The notes under the pieces are model-generated. The model had not been told where the DNA came from. It did not search any database and worked only from the letters and a program-made list of their open reading frames with translations. Of a stretch of 64,000 nt of DNA, positions 37,566-51,083 are shown piece after piece. Position 1 is the stretch's first letter; every line of letters begins with the position of its first letter. Made by a program: the position numbers and the translations under genes. The stretch is from Octopus sinensis. Its lineage: Eukaryota. The stretch lies in assembly GCF_006345805.1 (NCBI RefSeq), contig NC_043020.1, forward strand, positions 1,674,001-1,738,000, written 5' to 3'.

Positions 37566-38748
37566 ATATATACATATATATAGGGAGTGTTTACGAAAAA
37601 AATAAAAGACGAGGACAGGTGGTGTAGAAAACAAACAGATGTATTAGTATAACGCTCAGGAATAGAAAAAGTCTTTTACGTTTCGAACCTACGCTCTTCT
37701 ACAAGAAGGGACACAGAAAAAAACAAGGAGAAAAACAAGGAGAGAAAAAAATGTGTGTAGTGGCTAACGATCTATATATATATTAATTGATAATACTGCA
37801 CTAATTTCGCCTCAGTCGGGACCCAATTATATATCCGAACTTAATTTATTCTCGTAGTATTTCTTTTCTTTCTAATTTTATTTTTATCATTATATATTTT
37901 CCCCATTGCTTTTTCTTATTTGGATAGAAAATTCACAAAAATGTCACTTCTATTGATTTTTTTAATGGCTTTGCGGGGTAACTGGGGAAATGTAAAAATG
38001 TGCACGACCACCCTTGGACGGTTTTGAATGAACATAGAAAGTACGAGCCCTCTAACTGAAAAATTGTCGATTTGCATAAAGGACACGCACACAGACAGAC
38101 ATTTTGCCGTTTATATATAGAGAGATTTAGGTTAATGTAGAAATATTCCTGGTATCATAGTGAGAATCTGATCAAAAAAATTTGCAATAAAAAAAGTATT
38201 TCAAATATAAATAAAATAGAAGTAAACAAAAATAAACATTATTTTCTATCTTACTGTTAGTTTTCTTACATGTTGAAAAATAAAAATTTATTCTTTAGTA
38301 TATTATTGTTAATATTTTGACTTACATATATATAGGGGCACCAAAATCTTCCAGGCCCTCTATGGGTCTTAATCAGGCCCTGTTTGTAGGAATATAATTT
38401 ATGATCTTGGAAATACGGTATATGACTTTATGTATTTATTTGTTTATGACACAAGCTGAATTTGGTAGTTCGTGTAGAATTTGCATTAATTATGTTAATT
38501 ACATTTGTCTTTCAGTACAAGCAAAGTGTAGCTATTGCTGATGTCAATGAAAAGCGGCCGTATTTTACAATGTCATCTTACGCCACTGATATTGATGAGG
38601 TATGCATCACCCTGTATAGAATAACATGTGTGTATATATGTGTGTATAAATGTATGCATGTATATATATATATATATGCGTGTGTGTGCGTGTGTTTACA
38701 CATACACATTATCTATTTATTGATCTACTCTCTCTCTCTCTATATATA

Positions 38749-38784
<36 letters not shown>

Positions 38785-41700
38785 TGTATGTATGTATGTA
38801 TGTATGTATGTATGCATGCATGTATTATGTATGTATGTATGAATAAGCGCTCACGCACATTAGGAAAAAACTTCTTACAAGAAGGTTAATAACACCCTGG
38901 TAAAAGATTTTATAACGTTTTTTAAAAAATGTTTTTAAAAATCCCTTTTGTACGTAAAAAACTGTATTAAGTAATTTTCACAGAGACTTTCAAAAATATA
39001 TATATACACGTGTGTGTTTGTGTGTGTGTGTATACATACATATAGGCAAATTTGTCGTTGTAAATGAAACTAAATTTGAAAAACTTGTAATTGTTTAAAA
39101 TAAATATATTTACATATATACCACACTAGTTTCAATAATATTTTTTGTTTAGCAATGGTAAAAATTTAGAATTATGAATTAGAAAAACATGTTGAAAAAT
39201 TTCGATGTTGAGAAGTTTAGATGTTCATAACAGTTAATAATATTAAAACTGTGCATCAATTTGTTTGAATGTACAAAGCTCATTAGAGTTAGTAGTGGTC
39301 GACAAGAAATTAATAGTGTTGTTGTTGTAGTTATTACTGTTATTATTATTACTGATATTTTAAGGCGGCGAGCCGGAAGAATCTTTAGCACGCAGGATAC
39401 AATGCTTGGCGGTATTTCGTCCGTCTTTACGTTCTGAGTTCAAATTCCGCCGAGGTCGACTTTGCCTTTCATCCTTTCGGGGATCAATAAATTAAGGATC
39501 AGTTGCGTACTGGGGTCGATTTAATCAACTATCGCCCCTCCCCTCAAACTTCAGGCCTTGTGCTTATAGTAGAAAGGATTATTACTGATGTTGTTAAGGC
39601 AACGAGCTGGCAAGATCGTTAGCACGCCGGACAATATGCTTAGCGGTATTTCGTCCGTCTTTACGGTCAGTTTAGTCCATTTAACCCTTCCTCTAAAACT
39701 GCTGAACTTGTGCCTTTAATAGAAAGGATTATTATTATTGTTGTTGTTGTTGTTTTTAAGGTGGTAAGCTGGCAGAATCGTCAACAGGCCGGACAAAATG
39801 ATTAGTGACATTTCATCCGTCTTTACGTTCTGAGTTCAAATTCTGGCGAGATCGACTCTGCCTTTTATTCTTCGGGGTCGATAAAATAAGTACCAGTTAT
39901 GCACTGGGGTCGATGTTATCGACTTAATACCTTTGTCTATCCTTGTTTGTCCCCTCTATGTATAACCTCTTGTGGGTAGTAAAGAAATAGGTATTTCGTC
40001 TGCCGCTTCGTTCTGAGTTCAATTTCCGCCGAGGTCGATTTTGTCTTTCATCCTTTCGGTGTTGATAAAATAAATACCTGTTGAATACAGGGGTCGATGT
40101 AGTCAATGTAACCCCTCTCCCGATCATACAGGCCTTCTGCCAATAACGTTAAACGATTCTTATTGTTGTTGCTGTTACTTTCATTTCAGTTAACGATGCC
40201 TGGAAGCATCATTTTCACTCTAAACGATAAGGCTATAGATGATGACATCACCGGGAGTATCGCGCTGTTTCGTCTTCATCCTTACAACGACAGCGAGGTG
40301 AGTAACGTCCGTTATTTTCAACTGGAACACTCCTCCCCCCCGCTAAATTTATCACTCGTGTCTTCATCCATCAGTTCATTTATTCATTAATCGATTCCTT
40401 CACTCACCTATGGATCAAATCATCCATTTCACTACGTTCGATGTAATCGATATACCTTCTTTCTCCACCTCAATATTTCAGGCCTTATGGCAACAGGAGA
40501 AAAAAAATTTTCATTCGTTCATTCATTCGTACATTTATTTATTCATCACTCATTCATCACTCATTCATCACATCATTCGTACATTTATTCATATTCGTAC
40601 ATTTATTCATCATTCATTCGTACATTTATTTATTCATCACTCATTCATCACTCATTCATCACATCATTCGTACATTTATTCATATTCGTACATTTATTTA
40701 TTCATCACTCATTCATCACATCATTCATCACATCATTCGTACATTTATTCATATTCGTACATTTATTCACCATTCATTCGTACATTTATTTATTCATCAC
40801 TCATTCATCACATCATTCATCACTCATTCATCTATTGATCTAGTGATTCATTCATTGATCTGTTCATTCATCAACTGATTCCTTCTCTCATATACAGGTA
40901 CATCCAGCCACTTAGTTATTCCCTCACTCATTCATTCATTCATACATAACATTCATTCATCAATTGATCCATTCTTCTCCTCGTGTAAAGATTCGTTCAT
41001 AGTAATCCATTTTTTATTCACTCATTCGTTCATTCATTCATTTATTGATCCCTCGATTGATTGATCGATTCAGTCGTTGAAACGTTCTCTCGTGTATTGA
41101 TCCATTCACCAATTAGATTATTCATTCCTTCATTCAAATACCCATTACTCATTCATCAATTGATCCATTGACTCATTCATCAATTGATCCATCGACTCAT
41201 TCTTTAACCCATCCATCCGTTCATTCATTCACTCATTCACTTATTAAATCATTCACCCATGTATAGAACCAAACAACTATTACTCATTCTCTCTTTCATT
41301 CATTCATACAGTCACTAGCGCTTCATTCACCGATTGATTCATTCATTGAGTAATTTATTGGTTCCTTCATTCTTCTATCAATCACTCAATTAACTCCTTC
41401 ATTACTTTATTCATTCATTCACCCATTCTTCATACACACTTATTGTTTCCTTTACTAATTCATTCCATCTTTCATTCACTTCTACATTCACAAAGCCCGG
41501 ATAAAATGCAGTTCTGCATTTTGTCCGGCGCATTGATATCTCTCTAACTTTCCTCCTATGTTTTTGCCATATTTCATTTTATTTTTTTGACTTATTGATT
41601 TCTTTTACCCCATGTAGGTCGATGGAAGAGGAAAGTTCTCCCTGTCAGCTGGAGGGCGGGAAATCATCCTTACGGAAGTCCTTGACTATGACACAATGTG

Positions 41701-42017
41701 GCCAACTGGGTCTACGCACTACATCCTCAACATATCTGTACAGGTGAGTGAGGTTTTGTCCAAGGTACTTAGTCCACACTATTCGATAAGGAGCATAGGG
41801 CCGGTTTCCTGGTTTCCCTGACGTATTAATTCCTCCTTAGAAGGGACGCTGATCCGTCACGGGATTACTCGTCTCTACCAGCTGAGTGGACTAGGGCAAT
41901 GTGAAATGAAGTGTTTTGCTCAAGGACATAACGAATCGCCCTGTCCAGGAATCGAAACCACAATCTTACCATCATAAGTTCAATACCCTAACCCCTAAGC
42001 CACATACCTCCATACAC

Positions 42018-42081
<64 letters not shown>

Positions 42082-42520
42082 GTCTGTCTATATCTGTTCG
42101 CTAGAGTTATCAGTAACTCGCTCCAGTTCGCAATAAAAAAAATGATAAGTGATAATCAGTCACTGATCTTGCAACAAGCAAAGCAGCTAGTTAGAAGATC
42201 TCTATAAGAGATGAAAGTAGGAACAGTGGGAGGCGTCCTCTTGGGGTTTAAAAAATGGTCGTAACTTCAGTTCGTACGGAACAGTCATGTTCCGTACTCT
42301 TTTACTCTTCTACTTGTTTCAGTCATTTGACTGCGGCCATGCTGGAGCATCGCCTTTAGTCGAACAAATCGACTCCAGGACTTATTCTTTGGAAGCCTAG
42401 TACTTATTCTATCGTTCTCTTTTTACCGAACCGCTATGTTACGGGGACGTAAACACATCAGCATCGGTTGTCAAGCGATGTTGGGTGGGGACAATCGCAG
42501 ACACAAACATATACACATAC

Positions 42521-42561
<41 letters not shown>

Positions 42562-42761
42562 TGCAGCACGGACTTTGTCAGTGAACAGGTCGCGGATTTT
42601 AGCGACGAAAATATTTTGACAAATTAAACTTAAATGTTGGAGTGAATCGAACGGCTTTTGTGTGTTTCTTAAATGGCTTATAAACACCTTCCACGCTGCA
42701 ATTGTTTTCGTTTCAGCACACGATCTCAGATCAAATTACTTGCTATGCGAGTACATCTCCG

Positions 42762-42802
<41 letters not shown>

Positions 42803-45463
42803 CATATATATATATATACGACGGGCTTATTTCAGTTTTTTATTTACCAAATCCACTCACAAGGCTTTGGTTGGCCGAGGCTATAGTAGAAGACACTTGC
42901 CCAAGGGTGCCACGCAGTAGGACTGAACCTGGAACCACGAGGTTCGTAAGCAAGCTACTTACCACACAGCCACTCTTGCGCCTCAAACATCACTTCTCAG
43001 AAGTAAGTGAAAATATCGAAGTGGATTTGGTTGCTAGAGACTGTATAAAGCCTTCTGGTGGAGGGTTGGCGGGCTGGAGGGTTGGCGGGCTGGAGGGTTG
43101 GCAGGCTGGAGGGCTGGAGGGCACACGGTGCAGCGAGTTCAGAATGTTAATGAGGAGACTATCTGGTGCTTATTTTGATGTCAGTGATGGAAGTAAACAA
43201 ATATTTTAGATGAAAATCCCGAGAGTAAGAAAACAAGCGTTGATCCGCTGCGGAGACAGGAATTAACCGACCCCAAAGACCGCGCGCCCGTGTGTGTGTG
43301 TGTGTGTGTGTGTTATTGATTATGTGAGTATCTATATGTGTGTGTGTGTTCATGTCTGCGCATGTGTATATTTGTGCGTTTAGCTGTGTGTTTGAGTGTG
43401 TATATGAAAGCGGGGAGTTTTTAAACTGGTTCACCCGTATCATCTCATACATTGAAGAAAGTGGCTTTAGGTAAAAGCGGGGTAGGGGACAGAGAGAGAA
43501 AGAGACAAGAGAGAGAGGGGGGAGGTCGAAATCAATGATGGGGAGGAGAAATAGGGACACTAAAAAAGAAACTAATTAAGAAAAATATAAAGAAATAAAA
43601 TATGAGACAAAACGAAAGAAAGAGAGAAAGAAAGAAGGAAAGAAAGAAAGAAGGAAAGAAAGAAAGAAAGAAGGAAAGAAAGAAAGAAAGAAAGAAAGAA
43701 AGAGAGAAAGGAGGAAAGAAGGAAAGAAAGAAAGAAGGAAAAAAGAAAGAGGTTGGGGCAGAGAGACGCAGGAAAATGAAAGAGAGACAGAAAGAGTGAA
43801 CGAGAGAGAGAGGAAGACAGAGAGGTGGGGAGAGAGAAGCAGAATGAGTGAGACACAGTAAAAGAGAGTCAGAAATAGAGCGAGAGAGAGAGTAAGTTTG
43901 AAAGAGAACGAGAGAGAGATGACGAATGAGCATGAATGAAAATAAAAAATAGAGTGAATTAGTATGGAGGGATGAGGGGGAAGGAAGAGAGAGAGAGCGA
44001 GAGAGAAAGAGAGAGAGAGAGAGAGACTATAGTTTCACCCAATTGACAAACGGACAGACAGACAGAGAGCAGTTAAGTAGTAAGGCCCAATAAAGAGATT
44101 GTAAATCTGTCCGAAGACGTTGGTCTTCTGGATAGAATCCTCACCATTTCAAGAATGTCTTTGAAGGAAATATTTCATTTTATAGGACGAGATGTGGTAT
44201 GTATGTATATATATATGTATGTATGTATGTATGTGCAAGTATGTTTGTATGTATGTATGTATGTATGAATGTATGTATGTATGTATGTATGTGCAAGTAT
44301 GTTTGTATGTATATATGTATGTGTGTGTGTATGTATGTATGTATGTATGAATGTATGTATGTATGTGTGTATGTATGTGTGTATGTATGTATGTATGTAT
44401 GTATGTATGCATGCATGAATGTATGTGTGTATGTATGTACGTATGAATGCATGTATGTATGTATGTATATATGTATGTGTGTGTGTATGTATGTATGTAT
44501 GTATGAATGTATGTATGTATGTATGTATGTATGTATGAATGTATGTATGTATGTATGTATGTATGTATGTATGTATGTATGTATGTATGAATGTATGTAT
44601 GTATGTATGTATGTATGAATGTATGTATGTATGAATGTATGTATGTATGTGTGTATTTCCAAGTATGTATGCATGCATGTATGTATGTATGTATGCATGC
44701 ATGTATGTATGTATGTATGTATGTATGTATGTATGTGCAAGTATGTTTGTATCTGTTTGTCTTTTGTATGAGTGTGTGTATGTGTATGCATATATGTAAG
44801 TATGCGTATCATGTATGTCACTAGGTGTATTTGTGAGGGCGCGTGCATGTGAATGTGTGTATCTATGTGCGTTTATACATGCTTGTGCGTCTGTGTGCTT
44901 CTGTTGTTTCCGTGCGTGTCTGTATGTGTGTGTGTGTGGTGTTTGTGATGCTAATGTGTATGTGTGTGCCTATTTATGTATGTATTTTTGCATGCGTGTG
45001 CATATATGTTACTGTCGCTATGTGTGATTATGTACATATGTGTATGTGCGCATGTGCGTATGTAGATGTGTTTGTGTGTGTGTGTGTGTGCATGTGTGCG
45101 TGTATGTGTGTGTGTATGTGTGTGTGCATGTGTGTGTGTGTTGTGTGTGTGTGTGTGTTGTAGATTGGATATTTCAGGGCCCAGTATATGAGGAATCTGT
45201 TATGCGTCTCCCTGTCATCCGTGGAACGTGTGAAGGGACATTCTGGGGGGATAGAGCTTTCTACTGAACCAACCAGGAAAAATAATCCCCAATTCTGCAC
45301 TTTAGAGGGTCTTCAACTTTGTGATGTACTAAGACGGTGACTAGATACTCACGTGTCGTCCTTATCATCGCCAGAGTAAAGAAGCAAAAAGAAAATAGAG
45401 CACCGTTTCTACATGCGTATATGTATGCATGTATATATGTATGCGTGTATATATGTATGTGTT

Positions 45464-45523
<60 letters not shown>

Positions 45524-45698
45524 GTTAAGTGAGATTGAGGTAAAAGCCTTGTAGATGCTGTGCAAAGCTCGTCCACACTTATCGGCTACCTGATGCCATC
45601 ATGCAATATAAATATTACTAGTTTTATTTGTCTACTTTTTATCTATGCATTCTGTATCGTCATTGCATGTGTATAATATATATGGTTATATATATATT

Positions 45699-45729
<31 letters not shown>

Positions 45730-47694
45730 TTTATACCTTTTATATGTTCTTTTACTTGTTTCGGCCATTTGAATGCGGCCATGCTAGAGCATCGCCTTGA
45801 ATGGTTTTAGTCGAACAATATGATGCCATGTGTAGCTGCGTATGCTGTAGTGTTTCTCTTGTTTCAAATACGTGTCAGTGTTTTTCGGGGGCGTCGGGTG
45901 GTGGATGGTTTTACCATCAATCAAACAAAATATAACCCTGCATGTTTGTATGTATATGTGTGTGTGTGTGTGTACGTGCTTTTTCTTTTTGTTCGTTTTT
46001 AATTATTCAAATTCTTCCTCTGAGGAAGCAGCTGGTTTCTAACAAAGATTCAAAGTTCCATCGTTGGACTGTAGATAATAAAAACGTCACATTTTAAACT
46101 TACGAAAAGTCTTGCATCTTTTTACTGTTCCGCTTACAGTTTGTATATTGTAATGTGTGGGTTTCTTTTTTGAAAAGCCTTGCTTATCCAGATTGTCACT
46201 TAGGCATTTCCCCACAAAACTAAGTGTACCAATTATTGATGGTGTAAATGTAAATATATAATCTGGATACAGTAGCCGAAAGAATCGAAACAGTTGTCTA
46301 TAGCTAACCTCTTTCACTTTGATTTTCAAAGAGATGTTCACATAAGCAGGGCATCTGACCTTTATGACAGTACTACCTTCTGAGTTCAAATTTCGCCTTT
46401 CATCCTTTCGATTAAATAAGTACCAGTTACGCACTGGGGTCGATATAATCGACTTAATCCTTTTGTCTGCCCTTGTTTGTCCTTTCTGTGTTTAGCCCCT
46501 TGTGGGTAGTAAAGAAATAGGTACATACAATTTCTTGTCTGTCCCAAATAACAATATCCGGCCCGTTATGTTTATGTTTGAGAGATGTTTTGATGGAAAT
46601 GTTCCACCAATAGTCCTCCTGTTAATATTTGTGTATGTATTCAATAACAGGAGGATGCTCTATATTTTCTTTCAGGAAAATCTTTTTACCGAAAGTCATT
46701 GTATATTGTTTTCGCGACTACATCGTGTCGCATGGGGAAGCAGGATTTTGATGACATTTTTGGGTCAGCTGCTAATCACGCGTGTGACTTCTTCCACAGA
46801 AATATGACATATTCTACATTTTCGATTGCATCTTGGAACACCAAAGGCTTTCCTGTCTCTTTTATTTATAATGTATTTCAGAGCAATCTTCAGTTTTGGG
46901 GTTGCAAATGCAGAGCCTTCAGCGCGGCGAGCTGGCAGAAACGTTAGCACGCCGGGCGAAATGCTAAGCGGTTTTTCGTCTGCTGTTACGTTCTGAGTTC
47001 AAATCCCGCTGAGGTCGACTTTGGCTTTCATCCTTTCGGGGTCGATTAAATAAGTACCAGTTACGCACTGGGGTCGATATAATCGACTTAATCCGTTTGT
47101 CTGTCCTTGTTTGTTCTCTCTGTGTTTAGCCCCCTGTGGGTAGTAAAGAAAAAAAAATGCAGAGCCTTCGAAGTGTGATGCGATGCAGCAATCACGAGTT
47201 CAAGAGACGCTTCGCTTCATGTCAATTTATCTTCGGCAAAGATACCCATGTATAGTTTTTTTTCTTTTGTATGCTGAGAGTTTCACATCCGGATATTCTT
47301 TGACGTATGTTAACCCGGCTATTTTGGGGTTATACGGAAGGTCATCAGAAAGAGAGTGCTTCTTGAGGGGCCGGCAGCCGAAACGTTGGGTATTGTTCTC
47401 TTCACTCTACAGCACAAAGTCAATGCATTTATTTTTGTTGCTGATATATATATATATATATACGCCATAAGACGCCATGATAGATCGTTAGCCACTACAC
47501 ACATTTTTTCTCTCTTTTTTTCTCTCTTTTTTCTCTCCTTTTTTTCTCTCCCTGTTTCTCTCCGTGTCCCTTTCTGTAGAAGAGCGTAGGCTCGAAACGT
47601 AAAAGACTTTTTCTATTCCTGAGCGTTATTCTAATACATCTGTTTGTTTTGTACACCACCTGTCTTCGTCTTTTGCTTTTTTCGTAAACTCTCC

Positions 47695-47767
<73 letters not shown>

Positions 47768-50012
47768 TATACGACATTCGAAGGCTGTCTGTTCTGATCT
47801 CAAACCTCTCTGTCTCCTTCATATCTTCTGTGGAGATTTGCAGTTGATGTCGGTATCTTGCGGGTTTTAACGTCTATGGGGTGGATTTTCTTATACAGAC
47901 CAATCAAGTACCCGAGATGTTGGAATCGGCACCGGTGCTGCCAAAGCCTTGTGAGACATTATCCTGCTGTAAGAGGAAAATTCCAAATGTTATATTTTTG
48001 TACGTACACATAAATGTATGTATGTATGTATGTATGTATGTATAATTTTATCTTCTGTTTCTTTCAGGATAACGGTTATCCGAGTAGCCGGGTGGCATTC
48101 ACGACATTAGCCATCCGTATAACCGATGCTGATGATCAAGGACCTGCCTTCGTCTACCCGAAATGTCCCTTGGCTAATAACTTTTGCATCACTCCGGCCT
48201 ACATTGCTTACGTACAAAGTAATAGTACAGTAAGTACAACTCTCGTTGGTTTTGTATTCTGATTTTTTTCCCTATGGGGCTATGTGAAATTAAATAAGTA
48301 CCAGTTGAGTACTGGGGTCGATGTAATCGATCCACAAAAAACTGCTGGCCTCGTGCCAAAATTTGAAATCACTATAATAGTGATAATTAACGCATGGTCG
48401 ATTCAGAAAGAAAATGGCTTATCGTTTCGCGTTCAAATCTCACCGAAGGGCAACTTTTCATATTTCTTTTTATTTCTACAACATTTCCCAATAATATGGT
48501 ATCATAGATGAAAACATAAAGTTCTTTTTTTCATTTATCCACAGGGTACTCTGCACGTTTATCCGGGTTCAATTCAAGCCGAGGACAAAGATGTCGTTAA
48601 AAATAACATCCTTTACAGCATAATGGAAGGTACGCCAGAGTTGGTTTCTCTTTGCTTGATGTTGTTGTTGTTGTTGTTGTTGTTAACCCTGAGACAATTA
48701 TCGAGCTGATCTATTATCAATAATATTTTCACCATGACCTTATGTGTAGGGTTCCTCGATTGGCCTTACATGGCGGTCATACTCTCCCGATATTTTCCGC
48801 TTTATCTTACAGGCCATGCTCTGATATGATTTCGTTCGTTTTCAATGCAAACCATCAAATATATGCTGTCTTTATAATGCTCTTGTAGCAAATAATCCTT
48901 TTTACTGAAATTTTGGCGGAGGGCCCAGTCGATTACATCGACCCCAGTGTTTTACTGGTGCTTAATTTATAGACCTCGAAAGGATGAAAGGCAAAGTCTA
49001 CCTCGCGAAATTTGAACTCAGAACGTAACGGCAGCCGAAATAGCGCTAAGCATTTCACCCGGCGTGCTAACGATTCTGCTAGCTCACTATATTTCTTGTA
49101 GCAAATAATAATGAAGATGTTGGTTTCAAATTTTGGCACATGGACATCAATTCCGTGAGAGGCGCGAGTCGTTTGCATCGACTCCTAGAACTCAGCTGGT
49201 ATTTATTTTATCGACTCCGAAAGGATGAAAGGCAAAGTCGACCTCCGCAGAATTTGAACTCAGAAAGAAAAGACGGAAGAAATGCTGCTAAGCAATTTGT
49301 TCGACGCGCTAATGACTCTGCTAGCACGCTGTCTTAAACATTCTTGTTTATAAGAATTAGGGAAGGAAGGAAGGGCAGTCACTTTCACGTTAATTTCACG
49401 AGCCGGCTGTTCTCTTGACCGGATCAACTGGATCCCCAATCGTCGTAATCGACGGAGTACCACTTGTGTTGATTGAATTTTCTCTAATCTTTCGCCTTAA
49501 TTTCATATTCTAGTCCTGCCTCCGCGTTACACACAATATTTCTGGATAAACTCAAGAACTGGGCAAATAACGCAGCTCCGAAACATCCAAGGAAGTCATA
49601 ATGTCAGTCTTGCCATTAATGTGAGTATCAGCGTATTTTCCAACGTTAAAACCGTCATTTCATCGAGAACTCCAGAGCTGTGTGTGTGTGACTGTCTGTC
49701 TGTCTGTGTCTCTGTGTAATCCTCTTTCACGTTCCTTGCAATAACATCATTATTAGCATCATTGTTATCGTCGCTATCATCATTTCTATTCTCTCTCTTT
49801 TACTTGTTTCAGTCATTTGACTGCGGCCATGCTGGAGCACCGCCTTTAGTCGAGCAAATCGACCCCGGGACTTATTCTTTGTAAGCCCAGTACTTATTCT
49901 ATTGGTCTCTTTTGCCGAACCGCTAAGTGGCGGGGACGTAAACACACCAGCATCGGTTGTCAAGCAATGCTAGGGGGACAAACACAAACACACACACACG
50001 TACATATATATA

Positions 50013-50047
<35 letters not shown>

Positions 50048-51029
50048 CGACAGGCTTTTTTCAGTTTCCGTCTACCAAATCCACTCACAAGGCATTGGTT
50101 GGCCCGGGGCTATAGCAGAAGACACTTGCCCAAGATGCCACGCAGTGGGACTGAACCCAGAACCATGTAGTTGGTTAGCAAGCTACTTACCACACAGCCA
50201 CTCCTGCACACAAAACAGCATATAATAGAATGCTGTTTGCACGGCTGGGATATATATATTAAGGCAAGCAGCCCAGCATGCTTTGTATTTTCCACTGCGA
50301 ATACTGAGGAGGTAAAGCCACTGTATTACGACAAATAGCTTATTGCTTGCGTAATAATGACAATCGTTTTCCTGAAACACGTGCATGTTTTATATCAGAT
50401 AAAATACCAACTACATTTTCTATGTTTATTATTACTTTCATATAAAGTGGCCCAAATTCTATTGGGAGGATCGGTGACCTTTGTCTTACTGCGCTGTGTA
50501 TATGAGTAGTGTGTAAGACTTTCTACTGAGCCCAAAAACCTTACGAACGTTTTATTAATTGTAGAACGTAGCTTATTCATTCAAAACGATGTGTAAAACC
50601 ATGGATAAATTTCTTAAAGTCTTTCAACGTTATATTTAATATTAGAATATTGTTCTTTAATATTAGGCAAAGGACTGAGACCAGACTGCTTGTTGCCCAC
50701 ACACGCAAAAGAAAATTGATGGGCCACAACGATATATAAATACCTAAACACTTCTGCCGTGAAAAATGAGAGCTTTTTAATTATACCAATTTTTTTTTAC
50801 GGATCCATTGAATGAGTTAACGATTTCTATAAAAATCTAATTAAAATAACGATACTATATTGACAAATATCTACAATATTATTGAAAAACAGTGACAGAT
50901 TTACGTGTAGTTATCTTTGATTCATTAAATACTTTTATCACAGAATTCATAGTAAAACCACGAATTCCATAAAGGCTTTTGTGTTGTCCAACATTATTTA
51001 TTTGTATATTACAATTATTTTTATCCCTC

Positions 51030-51083
<54 letters not shown>

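Noticed and set aside
2601-45565. Numerous long ORFs rich in MYVC/HTYI/YIYI/HHHH/PPPP (e.g. 4949-5644, 13455-13814, 19163-20284, 44175-44848)
   Set aside because: They are translations of TA/CA/CATA/GGT microsatellites, with no splice or homology support. Only the parts of ORFs 2601, 4157, 7298, 35152, 38462, 40163, 48014, 51401 and 59430 that overlap real exons are coding.
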